From assembly GCF_006345805.1 (NCBI RefSeq), contig NC_043021.1, positions 22,382,001 through 22,446,000 of the forward strand: a stretch of DNA of 64,000 bases. The letters run 5' to 3'. Position 1 is the stretch's first letter. Each line of letters begins with the position of its first letter. The translations under genes and the position numbers were made by a program. Origin of the DNA: Octopus sinensis (taxonomy: Eukaryota). The notes below the pieces were generated by a model that saw nothing but the letters and a program-made list of their open reading frames with translations, ran no database searches and was not told the origin of the DNA. Below, in pieces: positions 12,538 to 24,106 of the stretch.

Positions 12538-13883
12538 GGGGGGAGGGAGAGATAGAGAGAGATTGTTAGAACGGGGTGTTCATGTATGATTTTTATATAT
12601 ATGCACGGATGTTGGTGAGTGAATAGAATCGTTAGAGTCTCACATAAAATGCTTTGCGTTACGTGTCCCTACTCATTAGAAACTGAGACCAATTGTGTCC
12701 TCCATTCGTTGAGTATTAGCTAAATTGCGCTGGAGTGTTTTCCCTGCATCGACGTCTATATCTTCTGCAGAAATGCATTCGTGTTACAATATGTTATGTT
12801 TGTTATAACGAATCTGCATCCAAATCGTTCTGTTCTTTGCCATCGCGGTTTCACTTTAGTAAGAACACTTACAAATATGTCTTCCTACACAAACACTCAA
12901 TTTTACACACGTCAGTGTTTTTTCTTGTATATACCTGCCAGGCCTTCATGCGAACATATAACACAAGTTCCACTACGTGGGAATTTAGGCGATGTATTGA
13001 GGCATTTTGTTCATAATTCCGTTCTGTTTAGCATACGCTTTATAAATCTGTTAAGGTTTCAGGCTCTTCTCTTCTCATCAAAATGCAAGTCAATGCAACT
13101 TTTCTCACTCTCTGCCGTATTTAGATATGGATCAGCTATAGCACATACATCACCGAGGCTGGACAGGACATTGACTAATAATTAATTAATTAATTATTTA
13201 ATTAATCAATTAATTGTAATATTCTGGTTGATTTCACGGCTTCATGTATAAATGTCGTATCTGGAATTAGTTTTGTTTTCTTTTTCTATTAATAAATATT
13301 ATAACGTTACCCTTCATTTTGTATTATGGAGTTCGATATTTGAAACCCTTGGTGCCAATCAAAGTTTTCATTTAACTATATTCCCTATAGGGTATTACAA
13401 GCTCATGCATGGGATCTTGCTGTAAATCCATTGCAATCGATGGGAAAATGTCGCAGTGTGTATCCAATGTAAACGTTCGGGTTATGAAATTTTACAAATT
13501 TTCCGATTTGCATCGAAGCTTATTTGTTAAATTTAACATCCAAAGTATGTTCTCTGGTGTGCAACTTTGTGGCTTCATGTTGACAAAAATCGGTTTAATT
13601 CTGTTATACTATTATTGCATTTTGACTGCTAGCTTGTGCTTTCGGTTTATACATATTGTCCTTGTGTGTGAAATTTATAATGGCGTTTTCAACCCATCTC
13701 TGACTAGAATACATTAAATTCAAGGAGTACATCCTATGTGTGATTTATGCGTTTCTAATTGTGCCGAATATATAGCATCTGCATGAGAATGCATGGATTT
13801 ATTTCCTGTTCAACTTCAAGATTATCATCTCGTTATTTTCCCGATAAATTATATAATTAACTTTGCAATTACAGATGAAGATA

Positions 13884-13910
13884 TATATATAGAGAGATAG
13901 ATAGATAGAT

Positions 13911-13970
<60 letters not shown>

Positions 13971-14073
13971 GTAGATACATAGAGAGAGAGATATAGGTAG
14001 ATAGATAGATAAAGAGAGATAGATAGATAGATTAGATAGATAGATAGATAGATAGATAATGGATGGATGGATG

Positions 14074-14140
<67 letters not shown>

Positions 14141-14211
14141 GGATAGATAGATAGATAGATAGATGCATAGAGAGAGAGAGATAGGTAGATAGATAGATAA
14201 AGAGAGATAGA
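13884..14211. repeat. (GATA)n array with variant units
   Basis: Read directly; the variant block CATAGAGAGAGAGA..GGTAGATAGATAGATAAAGAGAGA occurs twice. Confidence 0.95.
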
Positions 14212-14283
14212 TATGTTTCTTATTAGCCACACAGGGCTGCACACAGATAGAACAATTACAAGGTAGAGCTTTTCTTTTGAAGG

Positions 14284-14316
<33 letters not shown>

Positions 14317-14550
14317 GAGGGGGAGGTTCGATCAAAAGGGATCGTAAAGAGAGAAAGAGGACAAAATAAGGGGGGTTAAAAAAAAAAAAAAAAAAAAAAA
14401 AAAGGGGGGAGAGGAAAAAAAATTTATCAATAGGGATCGTTATCACAGAAATGTCAATATGAAGTGTAAAGGGGAGGACAGGTGAGGTTTACCCGTGGAA
14501 AGAAAGCCTGCGGAAAAGACCACGGTAACCTCGGTCAATGAAGTCACATT

Positions 14551-14581
<31 letters not shown>

Positions 14582-14616
14582 GCAAATAGCAACTCTCTGT
14601 TTTCGATTCTGGGTTC
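14212..14616 (-). mobile_element. 3'UTR-only copy of the adjacent Tx1/L1 LINE
   Basis: Colinear with 14970-15365, with a few substitutions and homopolymer indels; flanked on both sides by (GATA)n. Confidence 0.85.
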
Positions 14617-14676
14617 GATAGATAGATAGATAGATAGATAGTAGATAGATAGATAATAGATAGATAGATGAAGATG

Positions 14677-14724
<48 letters not shown>

Positions 14725-14969
14725 TATAGATAGATAGATAGATAGATAGTAGATAGATGCATAGAAGAGAGAGATAGTAGATAGATAGATAAAGAGAGAT
14801 AGATAGATAGATAGATGATAGATAGATAGATAGATGATAGATTATAGAGAGATATAGATAGATACATAGATAGGAGAGATTTAGATAGATAGAAATAAAG
14901 AGAGTAGATAGATAGATAGATAGATGATAGAGAGATAGATAGATAGATAGATAGTAGATAGATAGATAG
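14617..14969. repeat. (GATA)n array between the two LINE 3' ends
   Basis: Read directly; irregular, with many 1-nt indels. Confidence 0.95.
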
Positions 14970-15043
14970 TATGTTTTCTTTATTAGCCACACAGGGCTGC
15001 ACACAGATAGAACAAATTACAAGGTAGAGCTTTTCTTTTGAAG

Positions 15044-15081
<38 letters not shown>

Positions 15082-15363
15082 AGGGAGGTTCGATCAAAAG
15101 GGATCGTAAAAGGAGAGAAAGAGGACAAAAAAAAGGGGGGGTTAAAAAAAAGGGGGGGAGAAGAAAAAAAAAATTGATCAATAGGGATCGTTATCACAGA
15201 AATGTCAATATGAAGTGTAAAGGGGAGGACAGGTGAGGTTTACCCGGAAGGAAAGCCTACGGAAAAGACCACGGTAACCTCGGTCAATGAAGTCACATTT
15301 TATATTTCTTTTTTTTTTTTTTTTTTTTGCAAATAAGCAACTCCCTGTTTTCGATTTCTGGGT

Positions 15364-18300
15364 TCATAGGACTATGCTCAAGGTGGCTTCGTCATTCATA
15401 CGTGCCATTCTTGCTACATTCACCCATCTTTTTTTAAAACATTCGCTAGACAAAACTTGCCTCTCTACTCTCACTTTCCTTTTCAAGTGGTACTTGAAGA
15501 AGTTGATGAGAGATTGACCAGAGAGGAAAGTGTTTGTCTCCAATCCTTTCAGACGCGTCCACCAGATACATTCTTTCGCCATAGCCACAAGGATGATGAA
15601 AATAGCTCTTCCTTCCCGTTTGAAGGAGGAGCGTGACAATATTGACGATAGACTCAGCTGATAACCGACTCGTCCCACACGTGACAGCAGTTGTTCGGCA
15701 TAAGCCCACAGGTCGGAATTGTTGGACACTGAACGAGTGCGTGCAGAACGGTTTCGTCGCTCTGACCGCATCTCGGGCAGGTCGGCCCCGTGTTTCTCGA
15801 GCCGTGTCTGTAGAGCTTATCCCGAACGGGTAGCGCTTCTCGGTAGCACTGCCAGGCCAGGGATCTCTGGAAGTTGTCCATGGGCCCTGGCCCGAAAGTC
15901 GTCCCGAACAGGCGGGTCAGGTACTCCTCGTCGACGTCCAGGTTCGCCCCGAGCTCGTCGTCGTACCTCCCCTCCACTAACCCCTATAGAATGCTTTGGT
16001 TGTGTTGAAGTCACTTAAGGTCGACCCAGGACGGCAGAGTTGCTTGAGAGCAACGCGACACTCGCGGTGCCATTCGCCCTTCCTCGGCCTCTTTTTGATC
16101 CACGACTGCAGTTCGGTCATGGAGACGAGCTGCGGGAAAGCGTGCCTCACAAACGGCGACCACACCTGTTCACCGTCGTCTACATAGAGCCAGAGATGTC
16201 GCAGTCTCAGCGCGTGTCTGCGCATCATCAACCACGGCATGCCCAGCCCTCCTTTTAACGGGTGTTGACAGCAAATGGATCGCCTGACCATCGGGACGCA
16301 TCCTTTCCACAAGAAGCGAAAGAGGATGCGTTGTAGTTTGGTGATGGTAGGGTCGGGACAAGGTACGACGGTCAGGCGGGTAGTAGATGACGGACGCGAT
16401 GTACGTGTTCGCCACCTCCGCTCGACCTTTTAGGGACAGTTTCCTCTCGGCCCATTGCCGGGCGAGAGTGACCACCCTACTCGTTATCTCGTTCGAGTTC
16501 TTCTCCACTTGGAGGTCCGGACCAAACCAGACCCCGAGCAACTCAACCGGGCCGTCGGTCCAGCGTCCCACGACGAGGCGCTGGTGGACGGCATGGGCTT
16601 GCTTCTCCAGGTGCCTAGTCGCAAGCCACTGACTTTTCCCGGTTGATTTTCGCTCCTGTCACCGCTTCGTAGTTTTTTCAGTGTCTCACCGACCAGCTCG
16701 ATGTGCTCGTGGCTTGACACTATGACGGTGACGTCGTCCGCGTATGCAGACACGCTCGTCCCGCATCCCAATTCTCGCGGGATGCCCTTAGAGTCGCCAG
16801 CTTCCGCAGTAGTGGCTCAAGAGTCAATACGTATAGAAGCGCCGAGAGGGGGCATCCCTGACGGACCGAACGTGCAATGTCGAAAGGTCTCGATAGATGT
16901 CCATTTACGCGAATTACCGAACGGATGCCTCTGTACAAGGCAGCTATCCAGCCGCGGAGACGGGACCGAAACCAGCCGCTCTCAGGACTGCCTCCAAGTA
17001 TCGATGGTCTACCCTATCAAAGGCTTTCGATTGATCCAAGTTGATCAGGCCCCACCCATGCCAGGTTCGTTAACTACCCTGTCTATGATGTAGCGCATCA
17101 GATGGAGGTTGTCATGGATGGTCCGGCCTGGCACGGCGCATGTTTGGCCTTGTCGACCAGTTTCTCGATGACAAGCGCCAACCTCTTGGCTAACACCTGG
17201 CCAAATTTTCAAGTCTGCATTAAGCAGAGTGATGGGCCTAAAGTTATCTATTACTTTCCCTTGTTTAGATCTTTCTTCAGCAGTGTTACGCTCCTCGGCT
17301 CACAAAACAGGAATGCTCCCGTTTTGCTGCAGTTGCAGTACACCGCCGCCAAGAGATCTCCAAACAAGTCTGGCATACAATTGTAAGCTCGTAGGGTAGA
17401 CCATCCAAACCCGGTGATTTGTCCCTCGAGCATTCTGCCATCGCTTCCCGCACTCCCGCCGCCGTGATGGCACCTTCGCAGCACCCTGCCTTTTCGCGAG
17501 TCGTGGTAGGCTATGTAGGTAGGCACTGAAGTCCACCCTACGTTCTTGCCCTCCACTCGTTCCGAACAGTCGGGCAAAATGTTGCTGAAAGGCCTCACAC
17601 ATTTTATTTGGCTCGAGCAATTCGCGCCCCTGTTCATCTACCAGTGACCGAATGGTGGCTTTGTTGCCCTGTTGCGCCTCTGCCACCCGGCCTCTCTCGC
17701 GGCTCCAACCACCTTCGTTCCTTAGAGCACGCATCCTAGCTCTGACAGCACATCCTTCGTGTTTGGCGTTGAAGTGTTGGTCGAGGGCCAACCTCGCCGC
17801 CAAAACGTCGGATGCGATGCCGCTTCTAATTGCCTCTTCTAGCTTCTTAACTAGCTCACCCTCTACTCTATTTCTATCTATGGCTAGTGCTTTGCTGTAC
17901 CTAATCGCTTCTGCTTTTACTGCTCTCTTGAGGGCAAACCACCATTTGTTGTTGATGATGGCTCCCGTCAAAGCCCTCTTTACTAGTGTGCTAATCCGGT
18001 CTCTGAAAACTGTCTCGATGGGAAAGACGCGTTTAGTTTCCAGTATCCGGGACCCTGCCTAAGTGTTTACCTAAGTCTAGCGTACATGTCACAAGTTTGT
18101 GATCCGTGTAGCTGACTATGTGGAATGTGGACATCCTATGCTATCTCTATCTACTGTCCTACACAGTATCCTATCTAGATACGATCTCGACGACCCGATG
18201 CGGTTGCTCCATGTCCACGTTGGCGCATTCGGGTGGTCTAGTCGGAACCTGTCAGACAGTTGAAAGCGTCTGAGCAGGTCTCTGAGGCATTTGCATCCCC

Positions 18301-18773
18301 GTCTATTCCTATCTCTACCCACGTAGTCTACATGCGTGTCCAGGTAGCATTCCAATCCCCCACTAAGAGTAAAGGACGAGACGTTCCCAAGAAAACTTCT
18401 AGACGTTGAAAGAAATCCGCCCGACCTGTTAAGGGCGGTGCGTAAACTGATACGAGTCGAAAAGCGCACCCATTGCTGCCGTCGACATCCAGGACGACCA
18501 GTCTACCCTCCGGTCTACGAATATTGTCCTTACTTTGAGATCCAGACTCTTGTGAAAAAGTACCGCGGTGCCACTACCGCCCATTCTCGGCAGACAGGGG
18601 AAAATAAATGTTGAACTGTCCGCCAAACATGGTCTTTAGGGCCCGCGGATTGTGGAGTCTGGTCTCGCTTATGGCTATGATTCTAACTTATGTGACTTTA
18701 TGTCATTTAAGAGGTACCCTTGTTTCCAAGGGGACCCCAAGCCACGCGCATTTACACAACCAATCTTGATCAT
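15364..18773 (-). pseudogene. LINE ORF2 (APE endonuclease + reverse transcriptase + zinc finger), frameshifted
   Basis: Starts MIKIGCVNARGL..AISETRL (ATG at 18773). Contains WTWSN..SYLDRIL, TDHKLV, FRPITLL, DQSKAFDRVDH, QGCPLS, YADDVTV and CPRCGQSDETVLHALVQC; stop at 15364. Confidence 0.9.
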
Positions 18774-18804
18774 AGTTCTAATGAATTAGAATACAGAGGG
18801 TTAC

Positions 18805-19732
18805 TTACTGCTCGAAAGTTTTTGCTTTCTCCTCCGTTGGTTTGTCCTCGAGAAGATCCCAGTACAGTTTCTTTGTGAGATATTTTTGGCATTTACCAAC
18901 CGCACTGGGGAAAGCCTTTGAGTGTGTGGTGCAGACTTTTGGAGATGTGTAATATTTTGATGTGTCTGGTGGTGTTGTGTATGGGTGATTGTTTGTTTTT
19001 ATGTCCTCTTCTGTTATGTTTGTTTTTGATTGGATGTATTCCATCAATTTGTGTTTTTGGTGTCTATGGCTGTGAGCATGTTTGCTGTATATGTTTTTGT
19101 GGTGTTGGTGTGGCTGTTGTTTGCGTTGGTTTGAAATGTCTTCGGGAGATGTATTTCCCCTGTTTTGTTCGTGTTTGCATTTGGTTTGGTTGTGTTTCTG
19201 CTCTTTATTTTCCTTCTTTTTGTAGCTATTTGCCATTCCTCACTGGTTTCGTCTTCCGACGAAATTTCTGAGGAATCAGAAGGGGGTAGGGGTATGTTGT
19301 GGGCTTCTATGTATGTCTGTGTAAGTGGTGTGTTGTGTGTTTCGTTGTTGTTGGTGTTGAGTGTTTGTGTGTGTTGAGTGCGGTATAAGGGATGGGGGAT
19401 CAGTTTGTGTGTGTTTTCTTTGTTTTTTGTTCCTTTGGGTTTTGCTGTCGTTCTGGTGTTGGAATTGGTTTTATTTGTTGTTGGTGGTGATGATTCTGTT
19501 CTTGGCGCTGGTGTTGGTGTTGTTTGGTTGGGTTGGCTTGTTCTTTGTTGTTTTTCCTGCATTTCCGCATACAGCTTCTTGACTAGCTGTCCATATTGTG
19601 GTGTGGGCAATAATCCTGGCTTTGTGATTTTTCCTGTGGCTGTTGTTGTTGTTGTAATTTTGCGGCAGATTTGCACTCCTTTTTGAGGTGTGCCTCACTG
19701 CCACATGTATAGCATCGTGGCCTTCTGCCCTC
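18805..19732 (-). pseudogene. LINE ORF1, C-terminal part, frameshifted
   Basis: Zinc knuckle RCYTCGSEAHLKKEC at 19673-19717, then a low-complexity T/N/K/H-rich region with SDSSEISSEDE and KRRK; stop 31 nt before the ORF2 ATG. Confidence 0.7.
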
Positions 19733-19757
19733 AGATAGATAGATAGATAGATAGATA
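19733..19757. repeat. (AGAT)6 at the LINE 5' junction
   Basis: Read directly. Confidence 0.9.
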
Positions 19758-20754
19758 CAGAAAGAAATATGTGTAGTGTGCGTGTGAGGTGTGTATATAT
19801 GTGAGTGTTTGTGTGTGTTTATATTCTGAATACATGTATGAAATAAAAGAATCAATATATAGGAACACAAAATTCTCAACAAGACACACACAAATGTAGA
19901 AACAACAATTCTTCGTTTTTCATGCTATCCAAACAGCAAGTACATCGTGATTTTAAGAAAAGAAAGAATATGAGAATTTTCAATATTACATTTTACCCTC
20001 CGCTACAAAATTGTTATGGTTAATAAATTTTATTGCATTAAGTCAGATAAAAGTTTGGCTTTTAAATATTCCACATGAATAGCAAAGGATTCAAAATAGC
20101 GTAAGTTAAGCGATGATAATTACATAATTCCTCATTCGGCATAAAACCAAATTCCGTTTGAGAAAACATATACCACTTTCTTGTACAATTATAGGAATTT
20201 TACAGCAACGGTGGGCAACATAATTATGATTCTTATCGTGATTTTCATTTGCTTTTTTGTAAAACTTATATGCTGCTTGGGATGAGAAATTATAGACTGT
20301 GCACTCAAGTGATTTTTTAATCAGCGATCATGTAGAATTACCATGTGTTGGGTGTCGACTTGGCTGTCACGTATTCAAAATACATACTCAGAAGAACATG
20401 TGAAATATTATTAAACACTTGTGTGTCTCCGTTCGATCCCAGCGCTTATAACTGTAACTAGTAATGGTTATAGTCACTGACATCGTACTGCTCATTGCTA
20501 CAGAACACACACACACTTATATATATATATATATATATATATATTTAAAGCGATTCCCCACAGTTTCAATTGGTTAGGGTTTTTGAGACCTTCTTTCACA
20601 AATGACCAAATTAAACTGTAGCGAAACACTTTATACATGTGTGCTGTCTAGCTATGAGTTGTACGATGTTATGGCTACAACCACCACTATTTAGTGATTT
20701 ATGTAGGGTTATTAGTTTCAAATTTTGACACAAATCGAGTAGGAAAGGGGGAAA

Positions 20755-20935
20755 AGGTAAGTCGAATAAATCTACCCCAGTGTTCAACTGGTACTTATTT
20801 TATCGACTCCGAACGGATGAAAGGCAAAGCTAACAGTTACTGAATTTGAAATCGGAGTGTAAAGACGGGCAAAATGGCGCTAAGCTTTTTTTCCCGACAT
20901 GTTAACAAATATCCTTGCTAGCCACCTTCATAAGA
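20755..20935 (-). mobile_element. Degenerate SINE family C copy
   Basis: Reverse complement contains tttgcctttcatccgttcggagtcgataaaataagtaccagttgaacactgggg. Confidence 0.6.
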
Positions 20936-21041
20936 TTGAGTCAGTGCTCCCCAACATTTTCTCTCTCTCTCTCTCTCCATATATATATATATATATATAT
21001 ATATAGATATATATACATATATAATATATATATATATATAT

Positions 21042-21141
21042 NNNNNNNNNNNNNNNNNNNNNNNNNNNNNNNNNNNNNNNNNNNNNNNNNNNNNNNNNNN
21101 NNNNNNNNNNNNNNNNNNNNNNNNNNNNNNNNNNNNNNNNN
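21042..21141. other. Assembly gap (100 N)
   Basis: Exactly 100 Ns next to a (TA)n tract; likely a fixed-size scaffold gap. Confidence 0.99.
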
Positions 21142-21375
21142 GTGAAGAACGAATATATAGTGTGTGCATTTATTTCGTGCAAAAAGTAGATGACCGTCCC
21201 GAAATACAACAATATATCTTTCAACACTCGGTTTCACATCAGGAATCATACAACACAAATACATACATACATATATATAAATATATATATAACTAATGTA
21301 GGATAAAAATTTTTTGGGGAAAAAAATTTTATCAATGGCCAGCATATCAAAAAATACCTTTAAAGTTAAATTTAT

Positions 21376-21518
21376 AAATAATTTACAAGATAAGGGCAAA
21401 AGAAAATTCTAATGCCAAATATGCCGAAAAAACACAATAATGTCAACTGACAATTATTGTCTTTTTTTCGGCATATTTGGCATTAGAATTTTTCTTTTGC
21501 ACTTATCTTGTTAATTAT
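21376..21518. repeat. Near-perfect foldback inverted repeat (~70-bp arms)
   Basis: ACAAGATAAGGGCAAAAGAAAATTCTAATGCCAAATATGCCGAAAAAA pairs with its reverse complement around a centre at ~21446. Confidence 0.9.
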
Positions 21519-21555
21519 ATAATTATAGATATATATATATATATATATATATATA

Positions 21556-21642
21556 GGCGTAGGAGTGGCTGAGTGGAAGGTAGCTTGCTTACGAACCACT
21601 GCGTAGTACTGAAAGAAGACTGTCGCATATATATATAAATAA

Positions 21643-21674
<32 letters not shown>

Positions 21675-21872
21675 TTGTGTGTGTTTGTATGTGTGTGTGT
21701 GTCCGTATGTGTGTCTGTGTTTGTCGCCCCAACATCGCTTGACAACCGATGCTGGCGTGTCTAAGTCCCGTAACTTAGCGGTTCGGCAAGTGAGACCGAT
21801 AAAATAAGTACTAGGCTTACAAAATATAAGTCCTTGATTACTGGCTTTGCTCCAAATGATTGAAACAAGCAA
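21556..21872 (+). mobile_element. SINE family B with internal deletions
   Basis: Head GGCGTAGGAGTGGCTG, central (TA)/(TG) tract and 3' body match the 51429-51830 copy; the CORE-like segment is missing. Confidence 0.75.
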
Positions 21873-22099
21873 ACGGGGAAAGAGTACATATATATATATA
21901 TATGTGTGTGTGTATGTGTGTGTGTGTGTGTGTGCGTATAAATTTAGTTATTGAAAACATGTGTTGTAATAAATGTTTCATTATTTTTAGCCAAAGAATC
22001 AAAGGAAGCCTAACTTTTACTTCAAAATGTATCTGAGAACAAAACTTTGGATCTGAATGAATGCCTTTTATTTACAATCTTGGTTGATCGAACAACTAA

Positions 22100-22540
22100 C
22101 CTCCCAATTTTGGGCCCCACTTGAACATGGGTGATCCGAATAGAACGACGTTTTTTTACGATTTTGAAACGGAACCGACATTTTGAAAGAGCGACAAACA
22201 TTAATTTTGAGTATAATTACTAATTCCATCTGATTTAGAACCAGCTATTTCGCTAGTTACAAGATCAGCGGCTGAATGACGCTTATTTTTCTGTATACGA
22301 CGAACTGTTGAACATTTGCCACCTCTTGCAGAAATGTGTCCAATACTGTGGATGAGCAAATACCCTGAAACCAGGCTCGTCTTCTTGGTCCTGTGGATTC
22401 ACTAGATGGTAGGGGTTCCTTCCCTGTTCGCAATACATCAGAAACAGAGTGTGGTATTAAGTAGCTGGAGACGTTCTCCTATGGTTAAAAATGTAGTTTT
22501 AACGTCGTCCCGTACAGAACAGTCATGTTTAAGAGTCAAC
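22100..22540 (-). pseudogene. Possible decayed Ig-like coding segment
   Basis: One frame reads CIANREGTPTI**..SGYLLIHSI..SDGISNYT..C..NVGSVSKS..VVLFGSPMF..GP, resembling an I-set domain plus linker; several stops; by eye only. Confidence 0.22.
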
Positions 22541-22856
22541 AAACATCACTTTCCAGTTTAGTTACTGGTTGTTTTAGTTATAAAAGCTTTACAACTAGCT
22601 ACTTTGGTCCTATATGTGTGTATGTGGGGTGTGTTGTATGTTTGTATATATATAATATATATATTATATATATATAATATATTTATATATATACATACAT
22701 ACATACACACATACACACACACACCAACACATATATATAGGTATATATATAAGGTAAACATTTTGTTTGAGAAATCAATCGTGATGAATTCCTAATGGAG
22801 TCGACAGCACTAAACAAATATTTCTTTTCCAAACCCTGAGTCACACCATTTTCTAA

Positions 22857-22874
22857 ATCTATCTATCTATTTAC

Positions 22875-22967
<93 letters not shown>

Positions 22968-22982
22968 GATCGATCTATCTAT
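22857..22982. repeat. (TATC)n microsatellite
   Basis: Read directly. Confidence 0.95.
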
Positions 22983-23528
22983 ATATATGTTATGTGTACG
23001 AGTATGTGTTAGTGTGTTTGTGTGTGTGGTGTGTGTGTGTGTATGTGTGTGTGTGTGTGTGTGTAAAAATATAGGCATATGCAGGCGTACATGAATGTAT
23101 ACACATATCTAAAAGGATCTGCGCGATTAAACATATGTTGATATAAATATTAGTTAAACGCACTGAAGCCGCTATTTACAAATTTTAATTACATGGAAAC
23201 AAATATCAAAATAAAAATAGACTATTTTCTATTTAGCTCTTTGTGCAAGAGGTCAATATATGTTATGGAGATGAAGAACATTTCAATAGATTTAGAACTG
23301 TAAGAAAGGTCATGACATCAGATGAGAAAACATTAAATACACCGCCACACAGAGTGTTATTAAAGCACCGTTCGATATTAACGAAATAGTATTTCTACGG
23401 TACAATTAAGATTATATAGAAGTTATTTGAAATAAGAAATATTGGATATTTTAAACAATATCTTCCGATGTAGACTCTGATCTGTCTCCAGTAAGGTCGT
23501 TTTATGTGTGAAAGGATTTCATTTGTTA

Positions 23529-23574
<46 letters not shown>

Positions 23575-23888
23575 ACACATACACACACATACACGCATTC
23601 TCGTATACACGCAAGCAAACACACATATAGAAAGAACTCATGGGGTAAGCAATTTAGACTCATCTATATATAAAGTATATTAAATACATCAAATACAAAA
23701 TATGTATATATGTATATAGATATAAATTCGTCCAACTTTAGACATCGAAGTCAAAGTCTCAATCTTTTGAGCATTAGTAAATGTATTCTATACATTGAAT
23801 ATCTGGATCTCATCTGTGAACTATATAAAGCTAACTGACCACGTTCCGTCAAAAATGACCACTAAATGTAGTATTTTATATATAAATA

Positions 23889-24050
23889 GGCGCAGGAGTG
23901 GCTGTGTGGTAAGTAGCTTGCTTACCAACCACATGGTTCTGGGTTCAGTCACACTGCGTGGCACCTTGGACAAGTGTCTTCTACTATAGCCTCGGGCCGA
24001 CCAAAGCCTTGTGAGGGGATTTGGTAGACAGAAACAGAAAGAAGCCCGTA

Positions 24051-24051
<1 letters not shown>
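23889..24051 (+). mobile_element. SINE family B (CORE-like), 5' half
   Basis: A box TGGCTGTGTGG, B box GGTTCAGTC, CORE-like GGCACCTTGGACAAGTGTCTT; the 3' half resumes at 27283. Confidence 0.88.
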
Positions 24052-24090
<39 letters not shown>

Positions 24091-24106
24091 TATATATATA
24101 TATATA

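Larger units (their letters stand above)
14970..19732 (-). mobile_element. 5'-truncated Tx1/L1-clade non-LTR retrotransposon
   Basis: Two-ORF layout (CCHC ORF1; APE, RT and C-terminal CCHC in ORF2); 3'UTR ending AATAAAGAAAACATA; (TATC)n at both junctions. Confidence 0.92.

Noticed and set aside
15633-18062. Plus-strand ORFs overlapping the LINE
   Set aside because: Antisense shadows of GC-rich ORF2.
20205-20285. Hydrophobic TM-like peptide on the plus strand
   Set aside because: Expected by chance from T-rich sequence; short and closed by a stop.
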